From NCBI GenBank assembly GCA_001777665.1, contig MFEQ01000004.1:64679-128678 (forward strand): 64,000 nucleotides of DNA, written 5' to 3'. This document shows positions 55,269 to 63,284 of the stretch, piece by piece. The stretch's first letter is position 1. Every line of letters starts with the position of its first letter. The translations under genes were made by a program, and so were the position numbers. Under the pieces are notes generated by a model that saw nothing but the letters and a program-made list of their open reading frames with translations, searched no databases and was not told the origin of the DNA. Source of the DNA: Candidatus Doudnabacteria bacterium RIFCSPHIGHO2_02_FULL_42_25. GTDB taxonomy: Bacteria > Patescibacteriota > Doudnabacteria > UBA920 > O2-02-FULL-48-8.

Positions 55269-56201
55269 ATGTCTAACAAACTAATAGTAATTTTAGGCCC
55301 TACCACCTCGGGGAAATCATCACTCGCTATCAATCTCGCCCAAAAATTCAATGGCGAGATTATTTCTGCTGACTCCAGGCAAGTCTACAAAGGCATGGAT
55401 ATCGGCACTGGTAAAGTTACTAAAGCAGAACAAAAACTAATCAAACATTATCTTCTCGACGTCTCCTCCCCAAAAAAGCAATTCACTGTTTCGGATTTTA
55501 AGCGTCTTCTAATTTCAGCGATCGCTCAAATTAGAGGAAAAGACAAATTGCCTTTCTTAGTTGGTGGCTCGCCTTTTTATATTTATGCGGCCATAGATAA
55601 TCTACAAATTCCAGAAGTCACACCCAATCAAAAACTACGTAATCAACTACGTAGAAAAACTACTACCCAACTTTTTGCCATGCTTAAAAAACTTGACCCA
55701 GTTCGAGCAAAAAATATTGATAAAAATAATCCTCGGAGATTGATAAGAGCTATTGAAATAGTAAAAGCGACGGGAAAGCCGGTACCACCCCCACCTAACC
55801 TCCCCCTGGCAGGGGGAGGTGCCTTGATCATTGGGATCAAGAAGTCTCGTAAACAGCTCTACAAGCTTATCGATCAACGACTTGAGCAAAGACTCAATCA
55901 AGGAATGGTTAATGAAGTCAAAAAACTTCTGAAACAAAAAATCAGCCACAAACGGCTGCAAGAAATGGGATTAGAGTATCGCTTTATTTCTCTTTATCTG
56001 CAAGATCATCTCACCTATGAGCAAATGGTTGAACAATTGAAAAGCGCTATTCACAAATTCAGCAAACGCCAAATGACTTGGTTCCAAACCGACAAACGTA
56101 TCAAATGGATCTCTTCAGAAAAACAAGCAGAACGACTAATTAAGGACTATATAAAACCATCTCGACCCCGGACTACGATCCGGGGGAGAGATCCCTCCTG
56201 A
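55269..56201 (+). CDS. miaA: tRNA dimethylallyltransferase
   Basis: P-loop GPTTSGKSSLAINLA, DSRQVYKGMDIGT; carries two in-frame palindromic insertions (55789-55819 and 56166-56201). Confidence 0.85.
   Translation: MSNKLIVILGPTTSGKSSLAINLAQKFNGEIISADSRQVYKGMDIGTGKVTKAEQKLIKHYLLDVSSPKKQFTVSDFKRLLISAIAQIRGKDKLPFLVGGSPFYIYAAIDNLQIPEVTPNQKLRNQLRRKTTTQLFAMLKKLDPVRAKNIDKNNPRRLIRAIEIVKATGKPVPPPPNLPLAGGGALIIGIKKSRKQLYKLIDQRLEQRLNQGMVNEVKKLLKQKISHKRLQEMGLEYRFISLYLQDHLTYEQMVEQLKSAIHKFSKRQMTWFQTDKRIKWISSEKQAERLIKDYIKPSRPRTTIRGRDPS
55789..55819. repeat. family-1 hairpin CCCCACCTAACCTCCCCC-TGGCA-GGGGGAGG inserted in-frame in miaA
   Basis: Shares 17-mer CCCCACCTAACCTCCCC with element end 34215-34231; translated as PPPNLPLAGGGA. 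Confidence 0.7.
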
Positions 56202-56366
56202 GAGCGATTTCTCACTAATCGTTCGAAATGGGTAATCCCATCCCGGACGCTACAAGCGAAGCGCGGGCGATCCGGGATCCACTACACTAATTAATATCAA
56301 ATGATTCTTATTTGAAATGGACCCCGGATCGGCTTGATCGCCGGAGAGACGATCAAGTCCGGGGTG
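56166..56366. repeat. composite GC-rich hairpin repeat (family 2/3) overlapping the miaA 3' end
   Basis: CCCCGGA-CTACGA-TCCGGGG encodes the last miaA codons; GAGAGATCCCTC block; ATCCCGGA..TCCGGGAT; ACCCCGGATC..GATCAAGTCCGGGGT. Confidence 0.7.
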
Positions 56367-56706
56367 GATTATTTACAAAAATTCTTTCTACTGCTTTTGC
56401 TGAAATGAATCCAAGTATAATAAATAGCACTAAATCTAACCCTAGCGCTAAATAATTTTTTCTAATTATAGTGTCTTCACAATATGTTTTTTTAGTCACG
56501 TAAGATCCATTGGAAAACTCGAACGGCCAACCTATGGGACGTTGTAATCCAACGCCTACAGGATTACAGAGGGTGTACAGGTCACTCTTTCTTATCTGTC
56601 TTTCATTTTGCCCTAACGCTATCTGATAAGATTTGTCTCCGAATCGCATAGATAGAAATCCGAACAATAAAAGAGATAAAATTATACAAATAATCTTTAT
56701 TATCAT
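56353..56706 (-). CDS. small membrane protein, unknown
   Basis: 117 aa, 2 TM. Confidence 0.35.
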   Translation of the reverse strand: MIIKIICIILSLLLFGFLSMRFGDKSYQIALGQNERQIRKSDLYTLCNPVGVGLQRPIGWPFEFSNGSYVTKKTYCEDTIIRKNYLALGLDLVLFIILGFISAKAVERIFVNNPPRT

Positions 56707-56996
56707 TAAGTTCTTTTTATAGCTAACTTCCCAATAATTAATGCCGACACAAGAAAAACAGCTATATTAATTCCAAAGGAAATTATATTAATATAATCCA
56801 CTCCGCACATCGAATTATAGTAAAAATCAAAAGGCCAACCGTAGTAAACCCCACCAATCGCAGCACACGTAGGACCATAGAGCTCCTCTAAATAAAGAGT
56901 TCCAAATTGGAGATGGAATCTTATCGGAATTAACTGAATAAACGTAAAGGCTAAGATTAGTATTACTATAACAAATAATACTCGTAAACTCTTCAT
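56706..56996 (-). CDS. small membrane protein, unknown
   Basis: 96 aa, 2 TM. Confidence 0.35.
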   Translation of the reverse strand: MKSLRVLFVIVILILAFTFIQLIPIRFHLQFGTLYLEELYGPTCAAIGGVYYGWPFDFYYNSMCGVDYINIISFGINIAVFLVSALIIGKLAIKRT

Positions 56997-58441
56997 AATC
57001 CCAACTCTTTCTTTACCAAATCATTCAAGATTTGAGGGTTGCCTTTACCTTTGAGTTCTTTCATGGCTTGACCGACTAAGAAGCCAAGTGCTCTCTCGTT
57101 TTTCTTGGCATCTTCAACACCCTTAGGATTTGCAGCAACTACTTTCTTCACTACTTCTAGCAGTTCGCCTTGATCTGATACTTGATGTAATCCTAACTGA
57201 TCCAAAATATTCGATGGGTCCTCACCAGACTCAAACATATTTGCAAACACATCTTTAGCCGCCAGATTGGAAACTTTTCCGTCCAAAATAAGCTTCATCA
57301 ATTCTGCAAAATTTTCTTCAGTAACTTTTGATTCTTCTGGAAAGATTTTCTTTTCGTTGATTGCCGCAAGAAAGGGACCTAGGATCCAACTCGCTACCAT
57401 GGATCCTTTCTTGTCAGTTGAGCCAGTCCATTCTGCTAATTCTGACATGACATGCTCAAAGTACTCTGATAATTCTTTATACGAAACCAAGGTTTGGGCA
57501 TCCTTATCGACTAAAGCATATTCTTTCATCAATCTTTCTTTACGGACTTTCGGTAGCTCTGGTAATTCTTTTTGTAAATCTGCTAACCAAGTTTTAGTGA
57601 AATGTAGAACAGGTAAATCCGGTTCAGGGAAATACCGATAATCTTGTGATTCTTCTTTTGATCTCTGCGAAACAGTAATTCCTTTGTCATCTATCCAGCC
57701 ACGGGTTTCTGAAGGAAGTTTTTCGCCAGTTTCCAGAGCTTGTGTCTGACGCTTGATTTCAAATTCAATCGCGTTGGCTACAGCGCGAAACGAATTCATG
57801 TTTTTGACTTCGACTTTGTACGGCGGCAGTCCACTCTCGCCTACTTTACGCAAACTAATATTCGCATCACAACGGAGATGGCCTTTTTCCATATCAGCAT
57901 CAGATACACCTAGATAGCGCATGATATTTTGCAATTCCTGCAAATACTGCTTGGCTTCTTCTGATGATCGAATATCTGGCTCTGAAACTATCTCTAATAA
58001 AGGCGTTCCGGCTCGGTTATAGTCAACGAGGCTAAAACCTTTGCCATGCATAAGTTTGCCAGCATCCTCTTCCAAATGCGCTCGAGTGATTCCGATTGTC
58101 CGCGTCTGTCCGTTTACTGTCAGTTCCATTTGTCCGCGTCCGTTTATCGGCATATCAAATTGGGAGATCTGATAACCTTTGGGTAAATCAGGATAAAAAT
58201 AGTTCTTTCGGTCAAATTTTGAATATTCAGCAACTTGACAATTCAAAGCCAGCCCGACCAAAACGGACTTTCTCACAGCTTCTTTGTTGATGACCGGTAG
58301 AGTTCCTGGCTGGCCAGTACAAACTTCGCAGATGTGAACGTTCGGTTTGGAACTTTCAGCATTCCTACTGGAACAGAACATCTTGCTATTCGTCTTTAAC
58401 TGGACATGGACTTCCAGACCAATGATCGGTTCGTATTTCAT
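56993..58441 (-). CDS. gatB: Asp/Glu-tRNA amidotransferase subunit B
   Basis: MKYEPIIGLEVHVQL N-terminus. Confidence 0.9.
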   Translation of the reverse strand: MKYEPIIGLEVHVQLKTNSKMFCSSRNAESSKPNVHICEVCTGQPGTLPVINKEAVRKSVLVGLALNCQVAEYSKFDRKNYFYPDLPKGYQISQFDMPINGRGQMELTVNGQTRTIGITRAHLEEDAGKLMHGKGFSLVDYNRAGTPLLEIVSEPDIRSSEEAKQYLQELQNIMRYLGVSDADMEKGHLRCDANISLRKVGESGLPPYKVEVKNMNSFRAVANAIEFEIKRQTQALETGEKLPSETRGWIDDKGITVSQRSKEESQDYRYFPEPDLPVLHFTKTWLADLQKELPELPKVRKERLMKEYALVDKDAQTLVSYKELSEYFEHVMSELAEWTGSTDKKGSMVASWILGPFLAAINEKKIFPEESKVTEENFAELMKLILDGKVSNLAAKDVFANMFESGEDPSNILDQLGLHQVSDQGELLEVVKKVVAANPKGVEDAKKNERALGFLVGQAMKELKGKGNPQILNDLVKKELGL

Positions 58442-58836
58442 TTCTTGTTCAAACCGTTCAGTGAATCAAGATTAAAGTTCACTAAATCAGGATTAATTTG
58501 GTTCAAAAGGATATAAGCTGTAAACAAAATAACTATCCCGATCAAAGCTCCGGTAATGTATTCTTTTCCTTTTGCTGCCTGTTCGGCGTTACCAGAAGAA
58601 GTCATATAATAATACCCGCCAACCACGATCATCAATAATGCCAAAAGTACGGCAACTCCCAATGACCAGACATAAATTTGGTTAACACATCGAGGCAATG
58701 TCGATGCCGCACCGCCAGTTTGGGTTTTAATTCCTGCTAACGAACAAGGATTTCCCGGGGCAGTTGTCTGGGCTAAAGCAACAGTTGGTAAAAGCACTAA
58801 CACTAAAAGCAAAATAGCTAAATATTTTTTTATCAT
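58438..58836 (-). CDS. small secreted two-TM protein with VirB2/TrbC-pilin-like topology
   Basis: Signal peptide, then two hydrophobic segments; 132 aa; inserted between gatA and gatB. Confidence 0.35.
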   Translation of the reverse strand: MIKKYLAILLLVLVLLPTVALAQTTAPGNPCSLAGIKTQTGGAASTLPRCVNQIYVWSLGVAVLLALLMIVVGGYYYMTSSGNAEQAAKGKEYITGALIGIVILFTAYILLNQINPDLVNFNLDSLNGLNKK

Positions 58837-60284
58837 AGGTTTGGTTTTAATTTTAAATTTAATGATTTTTCCAAAGCATGACCGGCTTGGAATAATTTTT
58901 CCTCTGCAAAATGGTTGGCAATTAGCTGTACTCCGACTGGTAATCCGCTCTTTGTTAAACCACCTGGGACGGACATCGCAGGCACTCCAGCAAGATTAAT
59001 AGGGCCCGTAAACACATCTTCCAAATACATAGATACCGGATCTTTTTTCTCATCTATTTTAAATGCTGGTTTTGGTGAAACTGGCGTTAACAGTAAATCA
59101 AATTTATCGAATGCCGATTTAAAATCTTGTTGGACCAATGATTCAATTTGTTTGGCTTTTTTGTAATATGCATCATAATATCCGGCAGACGAAGCATAAG
59201 TCCCGATCATAATTCTTCTTTTGACCTCGGCTCCCAATCCTTGGGACCTGGAATTATAATAAACTTCTTCCAAAGTTTTTCCAGGCACTGATAACCCATA
59301 ACGGATTCCGTCATACCTGGAAAGATTGGCAGAAATTTCTACTGGTGCAATGATATAATACGCCGGAACTGAATATGGAACATTCGGCAAACTGACTTCT
59401 GATACTTCAGCTCCCAGTGCTTCTACTTGTTTGATTGCATTCTCAACTATCGCTCTAACCTCTGGATCAATACCTTCTACAAAAAATTCTTTTGGGATAC
59501 CGATTTTCATGCCCTTTAAATCTTCGGATAGTGCTGCTGAATAATCCGGAACAAGTTTAGGTAAACTCGTACTGTCTTTGACGTCTTGTCCGACAATCAT
59601 TTGCAGAGCCAACGCTGCGTCTTCTACTGTTCTCGTAAATACTCCGATCTGGTCCATCGATGAACACATGGCTATCAAACCAAATCTGGATACTCGGCCA
59701 TAGGTCGGTTTCATACCTACGACACCACAAAACGATGCTGGCTGTCGGATCGAACCAAATGTATCGGATCCAATACTAAAAATTACTTCGCCAGAGGCAA
59801 CCGATGCAGCAGAACCTCCAGAAGATCCACCTGGCACCCTAGACAAATCGTATGGATTTTTGGTCGGGCCATAAGCAGAATATAGAGTCGATGCTCCCAT
59901 GGCGAATTCATCCAAATTCGTTTTCCCCATCATCACAGGAGAAACTTTTTTTAATTTTTCAATAACTGTCGCGTCATATGGTGCGACATAATTTTCCAAA
60001 ATTTTTGAAGCTGCTGTAGCTTTCATGCCTTTGACTAAAATACAATCTTTCACCGAATAAGGAATCCCAGTTAACGCAAAATTTTCATTGTCAGCAATGA
60101 TCATTCGGTCGACTTCATCCGCTTGCTCCATCGCCTCTTTTTCCGCTACATACAAAAAAGCATGAACTTTATCATCCACTTCTTTGATTCGTTCCAAAGA
60201 CATCTCTGCCAGTTCTTTCGCAGAAACTTCTTTTTTCGCAATCAACTCTGATGCAGATTTAATTGTAAGGTCTGTAAAATTCAT
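58833..60284 (-). CDS. gatA: Asp/Glu-tRNA amidotransferase subunit A
   Basis: Amidase signature GGSSGGSAASVASG. Confidence 0.9.
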   Translation of the reverse strand: MNFTDLTIKSASELIAKKEVSAKELAEMSLERIKEVDDKVHAFLYVAEKEAMEQADEVDRMIIADNENFALTGIPYSVKDCILVKGMKATAASKILENYVAPYDATVIEKLKKVSPVMMGKTNLDEFAMGASTLYSAYGPTKNPYDLSRVPGGSSGGSAASVASGEVIFSIGSDTFGSIRQPASFCGVVGMKPTYGRVSRFGLIAMCSSMDQIGVFTRTVEDAALALQMIVGQDVKDSTSLPKLVPDYSAALSEDLKGMKIGIPKEFFVEGIDPEVRAIVENAIKQVEALGAEVSEVSLPNVPYSVPAYYIIAPVEISANLSRYDGIRYGLSVPGKTLEEVYYNSRSQGLGAEVKRRIMIGTYASSAGYYDAYYKKAKQIESLVQQDFKSAFDKFDLLLTPVSPKPAFKIDEKKDPVSMYLEDVFTGPINLAGVPAMSVPGGLTKSGLPVGVQLIANHFAEEKLFQAGHALEKSLNLKLKPNL

Positions 60285-60565
60285 TCCAGTATACTTTTAA
60301 CTTTAATATAATCATCATGACGTGAAGGCACTTGATCTAAAAATAATTTCGGATCAGCGCTCTCGATTGCGACATCGTCTCGCATTAAATTCAATGCATC
60401 TTTATCATACTCTTCCCCTAGCACTTTACTTTGAATTGCTTTGAGCTGATCCACGTAATCCAAAATGGCTGACAATTCAGTTTGTAGTTTTTGTTTCTCT
60501 TCTTCTTCGAAGGAAAGTCTGGCTAATTTGGCGATACGATTGACTTCGTCGAGGGAAATAGACAT
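60281..60565 (-). CDS. gatC: Asp/Glu-tRNA amidotransferase subunit C
   Basis: 94 aa, first gene of gatCAB. Confidence 0.8.
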   Translation of the reverse strand: MSISLDEVNRIAKLARLSFEEEEKQKLQTELSAILDYVDQLKAIQSKVLGEEYDKDALNLMRDDVAIESADPKLFLDQVPSRHDDYIKVKSILE

Positions 60566-60591
60566 AATATTAGTAATTAATTATAACATAT

Positions 60592-61167
60592 ATGCTCATT
60601 TTTTGGATAGTTCTCGGTTTACTGGTACTTGGGTTTATAGGTATTTACAACAGTTTAATCCATTCCCGCAACAGAGTGGATGAAGCTTGGTCAGATATTG
60701 AAGTTCAGCTCAAACGTAGATATGACTTGATCCCGAACTTAGTCAATACGGTCAAAGGTTACGCACAGCATGAACAAGGGACTCTGACGAAAGTCACTGA
60801 AGCGAGAGCCAAAGCTACGGCTATTACCATGGATCCGACCAAGCTCAACGTGGAACAGATGGCCAAATTCCAAGCTGCGCAGGGTGAATTGTCTCAAGCG
60901 ATCGGCCGACTCTTTGCACTGTCCGAACAGTATCCAGATTTGAAAGCCAATCAAAATTTCATGCAGTTACAGTCTGATCTAACTGACACGGAAGATAAAA
61001 TTCAGGCATCCAGACGTTTCTACAATGGTAATGTCCGCGACTTCAATACTAAACTGCAAACATTCCCAACCAACTTGTTTGCTAGTATGCTTGGGTTTAC
61101 TGCCAGAGCCTTCTTCGATATCGATGAAAAAGGTGTGATCGGCCAAACTCCAAACGTTCAGTTCTAA
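60592..61167 (+). CDS. lemA: LemA-family protein
   Basis: N-terminal TM, LemA pattern. Confidence 0.8.
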   Translation: MLIFWIVLGLLVLGFIGIYNSLIHSRNRVDEAWSDIEVQLKRRYDLIPNLVNTVKGYAQHEQGTLTKVTEARAKATAITMDPTKLNVEQMAKFQAAQGELSQAIGRLFALSEQYPDLKANQNFMQLQSDLTDTEDKIQASRRFYNGNVRDFNTKLQTFPTNLFASMLGFTARAFFDIDEKGVIGQTPNVQF

Positions 61168-61169
61168 GC

Positions 61170-61264
61170 CTACGAAAGTACGAATTCTCGAATTACGAAC
61201 TGTTCGCCCGCCTGCCATGACGGCATGTCGGGCAGGTAGTTTCGCAATTTCGTATTTCGTAGAA
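61170..61264. promoter_or_regulatory. TACGAA/TTCGTA iteron palindrome (copy 4) with core CGCCCGCCTGCC..GGGCAGG, abutting htpX ATG
   Basis: Core is the reverse complement of the core in copy 5 (63151-63192). Confidence 0.7.
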
Positions 61265-61269
61265 ATACC

Positions 61270-62154
61270 ATGATCTACACCGAGATCTCGAAAAACAAAC
61301 GTAATACAGCATTGCTAATAACTTTTTTCCTAGTCCTCATAGTCGGGCTTGGATATGTCTTTTCGCTTTATGTGGATGAACCCCTACTGCTGCCAATTGC
61401 TGTCGGGTTCTCCATCCTTATGAGTTTCTTTAGCTATTATTTTTCTGACACAATAGTGCTCAAAATGTCGCATGCGAAAGAAATAAAACGAATTGATGAT
61501 CAAGAGCTTTATCGATCAGTTGAAAACTTAGCGATTACCGCAGGATTGCCCACGCCGAAAATTTACTTAATCGAAGATACCGCACCCAACGCATTTGCGA
61601 CAGGCCGAGACCCGAAACATGCAGTGGTCGCCATTACTACTGGGCTTCGCCAAAAGTTAACCAAGCAGGAACTGGATGGGGTCATGGCTCATGAGCTATC
61701 CCACATTGGCAACTATGACATCCGCCTCACCACAATTATTGTCGTCTTAGTTGGAGTCGTGACATTGCTGGCTGATTGGATGCTCCGGATATCATTTCAT
61801 GGTCGAAGACGAGAAGGTGGCGGTTTGATTATGCTCATCGGATTGGTCTTAGCACTTCTCTCACCTATTGCTGCCACGATTATCCAATTGGCTATTTCCA
61901 GAAAACGAGAATACCTGGCTGATGCTTCAGGAGCTCTACTCACTCGATATCCCAAAGGATTAGCGGATGCGCTTCGAAAAATATCCCATGATCATGAGCC
62001 TCTGGAAGTGGCCAACAAAGCGACAGCGCATCTCTACATCGTCAATCCACTCAAAGAACATTTAGACCAAAAAGATCGGATCGGTCGGTTTGCTTCACTC
62101 TTCCAGACCCATCCCCCACTCCAGGACCGCATCGAGCGTCTAGAAAAGATGTAA
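61270..62154 (+). CDS. htpX: M48 zinc metalloprotease HtpX
   Basis: HELSHIGNYD zinc-binding motif, 4 TM. Confidence 0.85.
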   Translation: MIYTEISKNKRNTALLITFFLVLIVGLGYVFSLYVDEPLLLPIAVGFSILMSFFSYYFSDTIVLKMSHAKEIKRIDDQELYRSVENLAITAGLPTPKIYLIEDTAPNAFATGRDPKHAVVAITTGLRQKLTKQELDGVMAHELSHIGNYDIRLTTIIVVLVGVVTLLADWMLRISFHGRRREGGGLIMLIGLVLALLSPIAATIIQLAISRKREYLADASGALLTRYPKGLADALRKISHDHEPLEVANKATAHLYIVNPLKEHLDQKDRIGRFASLFQTHPPLQDRIERLEKM

Positions 62155-62169
62155 CCATATTGACCTAAC

Positions 62170-62193
62170 CCATCCCGAACTTGATCCGGGATC
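62170..62193. repeat. family-3 hairpin CCCATCCCGAACTTGATCCGGGAT
   Basis: Left flank of GC-rich ppnP-like gene. Confidence 0.6.
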
Positions 62194-62233
62194 TTTTTCA
62201 TGCTAAAATCCTCCTACTGAATCAGGAGGAAAC

Positions 62234-62512
62234 GTGCTTACACATCGCATTCACGAAAACCGCAGAGGCTTAGGTAACGCCCAGAGTCTGTACTTCCAAG
62301 ACTCCTCGGATCGGTTCAGCGTCGGAATCGTTGCCCCAGGACGATACCCTTTCAAGAAGCAACCTGCTCAGAGCATAAAGGTCGTCCGCGGCGCGCTTGA
62401 AATCAACGGCATCAACTTCACACCTGAATCTGGTCCCTGCATTATTGAAGGGGGTCAGAACGCAACTGTAGTTGCGACTCAACCGTCGGCCTACATCTGC
62501 GAAGGCGACTAA
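62234..62512 (+). CDS. PpnP/YaiE-like (DUF1255) pyrimidine/purine nucleoside phosphorylase, GC-rich
   Basis: Alignable by eye to E. coli YaiE (YF..SVG..G.Y.F...GAL....EAG..F.VP...T.YLC); GTG start; SD AGGAGGA sits inside hairpin TCCTCCT-loop-AGGAGGA. Confidence 0.5.
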   Translation: MLTHRIHENRRGLGNAQSLYFQDSSDRFSVGIVAPGRYPFKKQPAQSIKVVRGALEINGINFTPESGPCIIEGGQNATVVATQPSAYICEGD

Positions 62513-62603
62513 TAATCGCCTGAACTTCAATTTACAGAGCCTGACTCGTTCGGCTCTTTCTTTTTTTAAAACATTAGCGAAAAATCACTTCTTAAGGCTC
62601 TGA

Positions 62604-62678
62604 AGAGGGATCTCTCCCCCGGATCGGAGTCCGGGGTCGAGATGGTTACCTATTTGGTCCGATCGTACAAATAGGTAA
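62604..62678. repeat. family-2/3 repeat (GAGGGATCTCTCCCCCGGATCGGAGTCCGGGG) plus hairpin TTACCTATTTG/CAAATAGGTAA
   Basis: Right flank of ppnP-like gene, abuts recX stop. Confidence 0.6.
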
Positions 62679-62679
62679 T

Positions 62680-63105
62680 TCAGCAAAAATCCTGAAGAAT
62701 TGTTCTGATCACATCATTTCGAAAACCCTTACTCGACAGTCGTTGGGCAATTTTTGGTTTCGGTAAATTTCCTGATTTGTTTAAAACCTTTTTGGCGAGT
62801 TCTAACTCGAGTTCAAAAGTTAAATTTGCTTTCAGTGCTGCTTCCGCTTCATTGCTTGCAATCCCCCGCTGCATTAACTTACTCTTAAGGCCATAGAAGC
62901 CATAAGTTTTATTTCTAAGTAATTCGTCCAAATAGAGTTGGACAAACCGATCATTGTCGATAAGGTTTTCTTCCTGTAATTTCTGAATTACACCCTCAAC
63001 TTCCTCACGACTAAAACCTCTCATCAACAGCTTTTTGGTTAATTCGCCTGAATGATGAGGCCTGATTTTCAACAGTTTTATGGCTTTATCGTAAACGCTT
63101 GACAT
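62680..63105 (-). CDS. recX: RecA regulator RecX
   Basis: Three-helix-repeat RecX pattern. Confidence 0.65.
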   Translation of the reverse strand: MSSVYDKAIKLLKIRPHHSGELTKKLLMRGFSREEVEGVIQKLQEENLIDNDRFVQLYLDELLRNKTYGFYGLKSKLMQRGIASNEAEAALKANLTFELELELAKKVLNKSGNLPKPKIAQRLSSKGFRNDVIRTILQDFC

Positions 63106-63133
63106 ATCTGCTATAATATTAGTATAGTACTGC

Positions 63134-63245
63134 CTACGAAAGTACGAAAGGATTACCTGCCCGACATGCCAGTCATGGCAGGCGGGCGAAAATACGAAAG
63201 GTTTTCACACATGTTCGTATTTCGAACAAATTCGTAGTTCGTAGA
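63134..63245. promoter_or_regulatory. TACGAA/TTCGTA iteron palindrome (copy 5) in the recX/clpC divergent region
   Basis: Inverted copy of 61170-61264 including the GC-rich core. Confidence 0.7.
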
Positions 63246-63284
63246 AGAATTTTAACCATTTGCTTTAGGCATCAAAATTCAAAT

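Noticed and set aside
4301-62680. CRISPR array or integron interpretation of the repeated palindromes and small cassettes
   Set aside because: The repeats are dispersed singly rather than in a regular repeat-spacer array. No cas genes, intI or tandem attC-cassette array are present in the window.
63099-63117. Perfect TTGACA and TATAAT hexamers near the recX start
   Set aside because: The spacer is only 7 nt, so this is not a functional sigma70 promoter geometry.
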